This document shows, piece after piece, positions 54,547 through 64,000 of a DNA stretch of 64,000 nucleotides; position 1 is the stretch's first letter; every line of letters starts with the position of its first letter. A program made the position numbers and the translations under genes. The notes beneath the pieces were generated by a model, which saw nothing but the letters and a program-made list of their open reading frames with translations, was not told the origin of the DNA and ran no database searches. The DNA comes from Amoeboaphelidium protococcarum X5 (lineage: Eukaryota; Fungi; Aphelidiomycota). The DNA lies in assembly GCA_023515725.1 (NCBI GenBank), contig JALDTO010000251.1:310001-374000 (forward strand), read 5' to 3'.

Positions 54547-55290
54547 ATGAAGGTAATACTAAGTTTTGCCACAAATTAGAATGGCTATCTGAACCAAGTA
54601 GATCCTTAAGATACAAGTAAGAAGCTCCCTCTGAGCATCTCCTGTGCAGAAACTTATAAAATGGTCCACGCTTTGCGGTCACAATGTGATGGTATATTGG
54701 TGGGAAGTAATACTGTGCTCTGCGACAATCCACAACTAACAGCAAGGATCGATTAAAGTGATTTGGACGCGTTTCTAGAGCGGAATTAGGCATTAAGTTA
54801 AGCACTTTCTATATCATGTTCGCGGAACCTTGATTGCTTAGTAGATTCACCCGTTCCAGTCATCTTAGACTCTAGACTTGGAATACCACTAGATGCAAGA
54901 CTATTGAAACATCCTCACCCGCCGATTATATTCGCGTCAAATGGCGTTAATTTATAATAGTAGATTGAACGTATCCGCGCAATACGACCAGATGTTCGAA
55001 TTGAAACTATCTCATACGATACGAATGGCGGCGGCTTGAATCTGAAGGACGTATACCAAGTTCTGTTTAATAAGTATAAAATGAATTCACTCATGGTGGA
55101 GGGAGGACTGAAGGTACTGTATTCATTCTTAACATCTGGCATAGTGACGTAAGTTGTGCACACAATCTCTTAATCTGTGACATCATCACAAGGTGACAAG
55201 TTTGAATATGATTTCTCTTAATGGAAGTGCCAAGAGTTTAAGTGCTCAGAAGATATTGTCAAAGTGTATTGTCCGAAGACTAAATTATGA
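54547..55290 (+). CDS. RIB7: RibD_C pyrimidine reductase (Rib7-like), 247 aa
   Basis: [27 protein letters not shown]; PVILDSRL; SLMVEGG. Confidence 0.85.
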
Positions 55291-55479
55291 TAATTTCTAT
55301 TTAAATAGACGCGTGTATATTCTGTTTGAGTTCTGCTCACCTGCGGTATCGATATGCTTTGTTGACGTTTGAATATCGTTCTTTTATTGCTGCGAACTCG
55401 CGCCGTTTCTTTCCTTCTTGACTTTGTTCCATTTCAAACTGATTTATATAACGTTGACATTAGAGATACACCTTAAAAT

Positions 55480-56284
55480 ATGGCTACTAGAGGAGCATTG
55501 AATGACGATGAAGTTGCATCGGAAATGAAGGTAGATATTTAGCATTTACCATTATAATCTCATAACTTCTCATCTATTCACCTTAAGTGTATACATAGTA
55601 TGAATGCAGAAAATGACAGAATTCATTCGCCAGGAGGCCATGGAGAAGGCTAGAGAGATTTAGGTGAAAGCGGATGAGGAGCACAACATTGAGAAGGCCA
55701 AGTTGGTCAGGGCAGAGACGCTGAACATTGAGGCATCGTATGAAAAGAAGAAGAAGACTGCGGTGCTGTAGCGAAAGATCTAGGCAAGTGCCGCCGCCAA
55801 CAAGATCAGATTGAAGGTGCTGGAGGCTAGAGAAGCGGCATTGAACGACCTGTTGAATGAGTGCAGGAAGCGTCTAGGTCCGGCTGTGTAAAAGAACGGT
55901 AATCAGAGCCAGTTGACAGTGCAGATAATCTTACAAGGACTCCTGCAGTTGCTGCCTAGTGCTGATGAAGTCACCAGCGACCCAGTGATGATCGTGTGTA
56001 AGAAATCCGATGTCTCCATGGTGGAGGAGGCATCCAAACAGGCAGTGTCCGAGTACTTAAAGATTATTAAATTAGATCAAGGCAAGTCTCTGTTTATCCA
56101 AGTGGACAAGAATAGAAATTTGCCGGATAGCACGTCTGGTGGTGTGGTTCTAGTGACTGCCGGTGGCAAGATTGTGTGTTAGAATACTCTTGAGGCTAGA
56201 TTGGACCTTGCCGCAGAGAAGATGCTTCCATACCTTCGCATGGCTCTTTACGGGGCACCACCATCCAGAAGATTTTTCGATTGA
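55480..56284 (+). CDS. VMA4: V-ATPase subunit E, intron 55531-55609
   Basis: [22 protein letters not shown]; GGVVL; NTLEARL; ALYG..RRFFD. Confidence 0.95.
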
Positions 56285-56410
56285 TCATCATCAAGTTAAA
56301 TATATAGTGTCTCCCTGTAAGATTTCTAATTAAGATGTAAGCCTTATTTCCAAATTCTATAGCTATTATTCATAAATTCAATTGTTATACCTTTATATAA
56401 ACTACATTAT

Positions 56411-56770
56411 TCATGCCTGCGCTGAAGTGTCGGCCCATTTATGTCCACATTCTTAATTACAGCAGACGTAATACAGTGTCATTGTGGCATCGGCTCGTCT
56501 AGCTCTAGTTTGAAAATACACCACTTCTTTCTATTCACATCGTGGACACTGTACATCTCTTGTCCGCGGTAGAGTAGGATCTTTGGCGACATCTGAGATC
56601 AGTTACTGCATTTAATCGCCGGCATGGTGCATAACCTAGTGCTTATATATGCAGTTGGATTCTGCAATCTCGTAATGATTACAATTTCTGCATGCATATA
56701 GCAGCCGCTTCTCCTGCCTATTCTCTTTAGGATAGAGCATATTATTGCAATCTGGACAGAAATTGACCAT
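56411..56770 (-). CDS. RPB9: RNA polymerase II subunit Rpb9, 119 aa
   Basis: [43 protein letters not shown]; missing from the ORF track because of in-frame TAR. Confidence 0.93.
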
Positions 56771-57094
56771 ACTATTCCCGAACTGTATATCTACCTCCTT
56801 AATAGTTCTGATAATAAAGATTAAATCAATCTTGGACTGTTCGCAATGTTTTCGCTACCAGCACAGTACAAAAACGGCAAGGAGAGAGCACGATTGAACG
56901 ATCAACGCAGCGCGAAAGAGTCCAACAATTTCTTCAACACTAAAGAACACAATTCGCTATTCTCTCCTTGATCTACTGAATTGTTAAAGAAATCAAAAAG
57001 CATTTAGCCATGACTGTTGTTAATCCAGCCTCATAACCAGGAAGTTTATTCATATTTTGAATTTCATAAATATTATTATTATCGATGCGTCGTG

Positions 57095-57478
57095 ATGTAG
57101 ATCAATTCTGGAAATGAATCGATGCAATAGCAATAGCAGCAGTAATAGTAATCATAATAAAAGATGGTTGAATAGGAGGAGCAGAGACATACTATTCTTA
57201 ATTCTATATTGTCAAGAGAGGCCAAGGAGCGTCTGAATACTCTGTCTCTGGTAAAACCATAGAAAGCTAGAGCTGTCCAGGATTTGATACTGAGATTGGC
57301 GCGTACCAAATAGATTCCATTCGGTCAAGATGGTAAGGTGAGCGAGTAGACAGTGAGATAACTGTTGGAGTAAATATAGTAAGAGGGAGAGCAGGCGGAG
57401 ACGCGTCAATCCTCTGTAGTAATTCAAAGACGCAGAGCCCTGGACAGTGAAAGCGAAGATGAAGATTACGGATTCTGA
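57095..57478 (+). CDS. PDCD5: PDCD5/Sdd2 family protein, ~127 aa (start uncertain)
   Basis: ILSREAKERLNTLSLVKPQKARAV, KVSE, IQRRR..DSESEDED. Confidence 0.85.
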
Positions 57479-57585
57479 TGATAGATACTTTATAGTTATA
57501 TCCTCAGAAATTTATGAGTGAGTGAGAGGGTGATAGTACATTTGTTTATTCATATTACAATCGGTCACTTTTCTTAGAATCAAGA

Positions 57586-59802
57586 TCAGGTAATAATGCT
57601 GTGTGGATTTATTTCATATGATAGCAGCACCTTTGCAATGTCATGCTAGTCTTTAAGAAGCCAGTGAGATAACTTTAACCTTTGCTGATCGAATTACAGA
57701 TAGACAGACGCCTGATTCTACTTTCGCGTTTTATCAGCTATTGAACCATCATTGTTTGTTAATGCTTAACAATATTAATCAGCCAGAGACATTATATTCA
57801 AAACGGCCGAGATGCCTTCAATGTCTTTACCAGCGCTAAATAAAACTGTCTTCTGCATTACGATCAACTCAGACTTGTGTAAAGTAATCAGAGAATCTAA
57901 ATCCCGGCAACTTTTAATCTTGTCATTGATAGTAAGCCAGTACCGCTCAACGCCTTCATTAAATATATAATTACACAAACTCTTCACCACGCATTTAATT
58001 TGACCGATTTCTAGCATAACAGTGCCCATATCACTTGCTTATTATTTACTAGCAAATCTTACATGATCAAAGGCCTATTCCAAATCCGCAATTAGTCTCT
58101 AGAATTTCAGTATGAATTGAAACAATTTATGATAAATAGCCAGGCATTATTCATCAATCACAACACTCAGAGGCCCATCAACTAGATATGTCAGTGTGAA
58201 TATATCCCAGCCAGAGGCAGCACCAGGTATGGCGAGCAATTTCACATCTAATCTAGGATGGAAGTCAATCATTTACACGGCGACACTATCCATAATCGCA
58301 TCCTCCAAATTGGATATTAAACGATGCCTCTCTATGGAATCTGCAGACTAATGCAACACTCGGTCAAAATGATCAATAATGCTGCGCATGAAGTCACCAG
58401 CTTTTCCCAACAGGAGAAATCTCAAGGCACTCAAAGTGTCCACAAGGTGAACTTGATTCAAAACAATATCCAGAGCGTGAGATTGTACTCGATCAAACTC
58501 TTGTTAAATGTACTGACTAATATGCGCCAGTTATTCCAACTTGAGATTATGTCTACTTGGCATATAATTAAAATTTTTGCACTTCCCTTGGAGAAATTAC
58601 AACGTTTTGCCAATACTAAGTATTCTTTAAACCGTTTATCGATCCAGTAAATGTCCAGGCACCCAATCCTCTATCATCACATTATTCTGAATAAAAAACT
58701 CTCCGTGCACATCCACCACAGAACCATTACTTATCCAATCACTGATCATACTAAGCAGGAGAGAGTTCATCGCATTCTAAAGACTGGTGAACAACTCATC
58801 TTTCAATGAGACTCCGTACTAAAGTTCATGCAATGCGTGGACTCGATTCAACAACTATACTCCTTCCATGTCTTTGCACTATATACTGATATGGTTTAAC
58901 TCTTAGAGTAATCTCATCCAAGGTCGTAGTTGTACATAGATGAGTTGAACATTAATACTCCTCTGCATTTATAATTCAATCACAAAATTCTCATAAAGGT
59001 CCAACTACTACTTCACAATGGAATTAAAAGACTGACGAAATACTCCAATTTTAGAATCAGAACCAGACACCACAGCGGCAGATTTCAACTCCAAATAAGC
59101 CCACAGAACTTCATCAGCAATCAAGTTGATCAATTATTACATGTTTTCATTTACATCACGATCGATCGTTAAACTCTTCGACTTTACATTTATAGTAATA
59201 TTCTTACCATCTAACCCCATTAATATCTTGAACAAATCCTCCAAAACATCAGCATTAGATACAAATTGAGCAAAACTATTACTAGCACTGGGAACTTTAA
59301 ACATTGTAGTGCCATAACCGCTCCGTTACTGGGTCAATAAACTATTACCAATAGCAGAATCACTGTTACCTTGAAGAATAAGAGTACTCTGACTTCCAAA
59401 CTTCTACTAAGCCTTACCACTGCGAGGCCTGGGTGGAGAAGAGTTAAATAAGTCTGAAGATGACATTGAAGGCCCCATGAATCCTCGACTACCCCTCACA
59501 GGAGACTTGTATGAATTAGACCCCATCCGATTATCTTAGGAGACTGACGCAAGAAAATATAGAACATTCTACGGATTCATCACCTCTTTGCATGTCTTCA
59601 GCTATTGGTATATCTAATCCAAAGCTTCCCCATCTTCTCTATTTTAGCACTTACTCTTGGCATACTAAACGATGATTTTATCACCTTAACCAATGCCGAG
59701 ATCGACTACAGGCATCATACTGCTGGATAAAATGCGAGACAGAAATGGCAACTCTGATTCCTTTTCGTACAACTTGCATAGTTCTTACAGCAAGTTATTC
59801 AT
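57586..59802 (-). CDS. SPC98: Gamma-tubulin complex component, GCP3/Spc98-like, 738 aa
   Basis: KILMGQDGKNI, GVFRQSF, DVHGEFFI, AGDFM, GWDIFTLTYLVDGPL. Confidence 0.82.
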
Positions 59803-59874
59803 TCTTAGATGGATATAGTAACTCCTCCGTAATTAGATGTCGTCACAGTAGATTGTAACAAGAAGTGAATCAAG

Positions 59875-59990
59875 TCAACTTCTGTTCTTTGGCGGTAAAA
59901 GAAGACAACTTGCTCTGTTTCACAGCGCTTGTCTTAGCCGCTTGTTTCGAAGCGGCACCAGTCCGTTTCACTCCTGAACTCCTAACCGTG
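59875..59990 (-). pseudogene. Remnant of the POL32 3' end
   Basis: Translates KRTGAASKQAAKTSAVKQSKLS, matching KRTGAASKQAPKSSGAKQSKLS of the intact gene at 61165-61290. Confidence 0.8.
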
Positions 59991-60105
59991 ACGTGGCATT
60001 TACAGAGCTACAGTAAGTAAATAAAATAGTAGGAACATCGTATGCTAAGATATAATTCTATTTAGGATGATCATCAGAGTTTGCAACTTCTTTATTTTCG
60101 ACAAA

Positions 60106-60822
60106 TCACTAAATCAGCAATTTAGGAACTCCCTCTGGAGCATTTTAAAAAAAGCTATTTACTAAAGATAGCGACAGAACGCGAGTTTAATCGTGGTGAT
60201 GGCCATAATGACCCTGTACCACCCCTATAAGACATTATGCATATTAATCAACACATGGTCCGCCTGAAATACCACTATCTGTCACATTTGTCACTATAAT
60301 GGTCGACAAATTTGGAACATTTGATATAAATCCAGTAGTAAATTAGAAACTGCCGCTGAATGCATATCCAGCGCAAGAAACAGAATCTCCTATTTATGGC
60401 ATTTTTACGGATCCAATGTAATGGCGGTCATGTCGATATCCATGAGGAGCCTCTTCTATCTTCACAATTGCCAAATCGATTTATTTAATCTCATGTTGAG
60501 GTGGCAAATATGCCACACTGCCATTAAAAACAAACTGGCCATTATCAAAAGTTACGCGGATAGAATCGCAACCGTAAACAACATGTGCGGATGCCAGCAA
60601 ATATGCCTGATCACTGTATAGAAAAGCACTGCCAGATTGTGGACTCCTGTTCTTATCTGCATATGTAACATCTATCTTTGCCACGCACGACTACAATGCT
60701 CTTGCAGCGGTACGTCGGACTTCATCTTGAGTCATTAACATGATATTATTCAACGCATCCCTGTCAATGGAAGCCGCAACACCAAAGTCACGGAATTAAA
60801 TGGAAATGTTACTACCTGTCAT
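60106..60822 (-). CDS. Trypsin-like (Trypsin_2/S1) serine protease, no signal peptide, 238 aa
   Basis: GSAF, catalytic triad motifs SAHVV, DLAIV, GISGGP; TTGFIS. Confidence 0.85.
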
Positions 60823-60914
60823 GCTGCCAATGTGGACTAGATAACGCGTTTGAAAGAGAACGGGATTAGCGACTGAAAATTGAACACGATTAAGTCAGAA
60901 TAACGCTGTCATCG

Positions 60915-61082
60915 TCTCAGTTCTAACATTTACGCGGGAAATTATACACAATGATCCCATCACTTTAACCAAACCGCGATCAACTATTGGCGTGATACTG
61001 CTGCATAAAAGTCGGAAAAGAACTCGAATCACGGATTCCGTATCATACAACATAAATACTGTAATTCTGACAGGTGATTCAT
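60915..61082 (-). pseudogene. Frameshifted remnant of the GCP3 5' end
   Basis: TTATGCAGCAGTATCACGCCAATAGTTGATCGCGG aligns with TTATCCAGCAGTATGATGCCTGTAGTCGATCTCGG of the intact gene near 59700-59730. Confidence 0.7.
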
Positions 61083-61164
61083 TTAGAGATAAAAATAGTG
61101 ACTCCGCCTTACTTACTGTAGATGTTGTGACAGCAAACAGTCACAATCAGAGAAGCAATCAAAT

Positions 61165-62328
61165 TCAACTCTTGTTCTTGGGTGGTTTCGCGGCAAAGAA
61201 AGAGAGTTTGCTCTGTTTCGCACCGCTCGACTTGGGCGCTTGTTTGGACGCGGCACCAGTTCGTTTCATCCCAGAATTCTTCTCAGTAGACGCTGACTCT
61301 GTTTTGGCCTTCTTCGTCACTCTACTCGACGCGCCAGAGATTCCAACTCTTCTCTCGTCATCGCCATCGTTGTCGTTGTTATCGTCGTCTGTGATGTACT
61401 CAGTGGTCGTTTCAGTAACGATTTTACCTTGATCATTGACAAACGTGTTTTTTTTCGTGATGGCCTTCTTTCTTTTAGCATTAGTGACTACTACAGTATC
61501 TAGATTAGACTATACCGCGCTGGGCTTTCTATCTTGGTGATCCTCTGCATTGTCGTCCAATTCCAAGTTACTGACGTTTAACTCGCCATCTTTGCCTTCA
61601 TTCTTTTAAGATACTGATTATACGGATTACTGACTGTTTGCAGAACTTTTCGCATCAAAATCAAATATATTATCCAGTTCTTCCTAGCTAAATGACGCAG
61701 CTGAATACATCAAGGCATCATTCTGTTGCTCTGCGTCAGCTTCATCATTATCATCATCTGATAACACCATTTTTGGCTTCTTTTTCTTCAATATGGCATC
61801 AGGTACTGACTTCTTCTCTGTCGGTGATTTCTTCACAGGAGCAGCATCCCGATTATTAGCCTTCTTAATTGAAGAATTGTCACCTACTTGCTTAAATTAA
61901 TTGTTCTTTTATGCAAAAGAGGCAGAATGGTGAACCTTGGACGTGTTGCTTGATGCTTAAACAGCTTTGACTTCCTGGTGTGCCAATAAATTCAAATTGG
62001 ATAGCAGAACTTTATAATCTTGAGCCAGATCATTGACTAATGCATAAACTGAGCATTATGAATCTAATCCGGCAGAGTTTTCAAGACTGTTCAAAAGAGA
62101 TAAACTAAACTTGCAATGTGAGATACCACCTGCATCAAGAGTCTGCTCCTTTCGCAATACCAATGTTCCCAGAGATGGATATGCACTCTGACATTAGGCA
62201 AAATCAGCCAGAAACTGACCACCCTGCTAGTTATTCAGACTAGCTTTCTATTCCAAATACTTGGCAGTCACAATGCCATTTTTAGCAAGACAATCTTAAA
62301 TTAAATCTTAATACTAAGTCTAAGTCAT
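61165..62328 (-). CDS. POL32: DNA polymerase delta subunit 3 (Pol32/Cdc27), 387 aa
   Basis: GIVTAKYL N-terminus; KKTFVNDQGKIVTE; C-terminal PIP box QSKLSFF. Confidence 0.8.
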
Positions 62329-62515
62329 ATTCTACAGAGTGAACGTTTATGAGGATGAATTTGCCCAAATGATGGAAGAAAACGCGTGGGCTTTACGTGT
62401 GAAACTGAACTCGCAATTAGACTTTTGACAAGGCGCGATTACAGTATAATAAGGGAGCACAATAGCGAATTGAACTAGATAAGTTGGACAAAGACATCTT
62501 AAACTATATATTTAT

Positions 62516-63137
62516 TCAAGAAGATATCAACACGCCTTTTAGTGGTTCAAGATCTGTGAGTATATCTTTGCCAGCAGCAACGGCAGCACCTACATTTAGT
62601 CAATGAAATTTGAGTACACTTAACTAAATCATGTAAAGTATACCTATGGATCCTTTTGTATCAATTCTTAAAACGAAGCAATCACTATCGCAAAATTGAA
62701 CGACAGCAGACTGCCCGCGATCGTCACCAGAACTGGCCACCATGCGAACAGTGCCAAGTGAAAGCCTTTCCGCATTATCATTCAATCCACCAAGCGCGCG
62801 TGAGTATTCGTCCACAATGTCCTCGTTATTATCGTATGATTCTTCCGACTACTCTTCAACGCTGCCATTGTCTTCATCGTTAGTGTTTCTTGTAGATTAT
62901 GCCGCCCTTTCAGCCGTTTCAGATTATTTAGTCGACGCAATCAAAACTCCTTCCATGTCTGTAAGTCTAATCTCTTCGCACCCCTCAATGCTACACAGAT
63001 AAGTCAAATCAAACTGACACCCTATGTTTACATTTGAAAATGTTCTAAATTACTCTGTTTTATAATCATTTAACAGATTAAGCACATTCTACACAAGTTT
63101 CTATTATTCAAATGCAAATTTATAAACAACATACCAT
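62516..63137 (-). CDS. LAMTOR3/MP1-like roadblock protein (intron 62590-62643 and a probable 5' intron after the ATG)
   Basis: SIEGCEEIRLTDMEGV, AERLSLG, AVVQF, DLEPLKGV resemble LAMTOR3; ATG|GTATGT donor. Confidence 0.55.
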
Positions 63138-63222
63138 GATTTCAACGGTCCACGATGTAAATTTAACGTGTAGAATCTTCTCTCTTTTTCTGGTGATTGA
63201 CGCAGGACAGGAGGAGTGAAAA

Positions 63223-64000
63223 ATGTTGAAAAGAATATCACCAAGATTGGTAATTAAGAGATACACGTCATAGTCTTAAAGGATTATTAATAGGCTGGAT
63301 TAAAATACTCTTGATGGTCTGAAAGAAGATAGAATTGCACAGGTACAGAGGAAATTATCGCTGATCGAGGCCTGTCTTCGTACTAACCAGATGGAGCGGG
63401 CGCAGATTCTCTTCAATGCTGTGATATAGTAGAATAAGAATGCCATCTAAGAAGGTCTGGTTAATACAAGTCTGCTCAATCTCTTCATCCGTACTTCATC
63501 TGCTGGCTTGGTATCTGATGCATCGCGTAACGCGTCACTTGCGGCTGATGGGATGAAGCAGAGCTTGTTATGGTATCAGCGGCTAAAGTCTCTTTAATTA
63601 TAGCCAAATGTAACCACCTATGCTCTTCTATTAAAAGCTGCAATCAACTTTAGGAACTGCTCCACTTAGAATGGAAGTAAATCAACTGATTTTGTCAAGA
63701 TTATATTATCTGACTACAAGAAGAATATGATGTCATATCGTGATAATGTTGGTGATGGTGATAAAGATTTGACAAGTTTGCTCAAACATTATGAATTTAC
63801 AGAGAGTGAAGTTAAGATACTTAATGAATATCTCTCCTAAAAGTCACAATAGTAATAAGCTGATAGTGGTGTTACTTATGTTCAGAATGAGAATAATCTA
63901 CCGCAAATCAGTGCCGTTAATACCCCTAACATGGCCTTTGTGCAATAAAATTTGAAAGCTTTGGACGCAAATTTTGAGAATCTTGTGGATTTGTAAATTC
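63223..64000 (+). CDS. PPR-containing mitochondrial protein, probably the N-terminus of mtRNA polymerase (partial)
   Basis: Presequence; IEACLRTNQMERA; PPR-like QPNVTTYALLLKA; runs off the window. Confidence 0.6.

Noticed and set aside
57010-57100. Non-canonical GG-AG first intron for PDCD5
   Set aside because: An in-frame ATG at 57095 explains the gene without a non-canonical splice.

Overview
Gene-dense, intron-poor eukaryotic nuclear DNA that uses a non-standard genetic code: TAA/TAG are read as Gln and only TGA is a stop, so the supplied ORF track is badly fragmented. Re-read with translation table 6, the window holds about 40 mostly complete protein genes. Fungal-type markers include a chitin synthase, an APSES/ankyrin SBF subunit, YHM2 and a GT71 mannosyltransferase. 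Holomycotan/animal-like genes include flightless-like, LRRC45-like and LAMTOR3-like genes. Together with the code, this points by inference to an aphelid such as Amoeboaphelidium protococcarum. The window also holds an apparently intact ~1190-aa DDE transposase and a 540-bp TIR-bounded MITE. The most striking observation is a single ORF (12619-14382, minus strand) in which a mitochondrial ribosomal uL16 domain is inserted between the G4 and G5 motifs of a degenerate MnmE/GTPBP3-like protein. The second is a trypsin-like protease gene sitting between two reciprocally decayed copies of the POL32-3'/GCP3-5' junction. All calls come from manual translation and motif recognition; no database searches were run.
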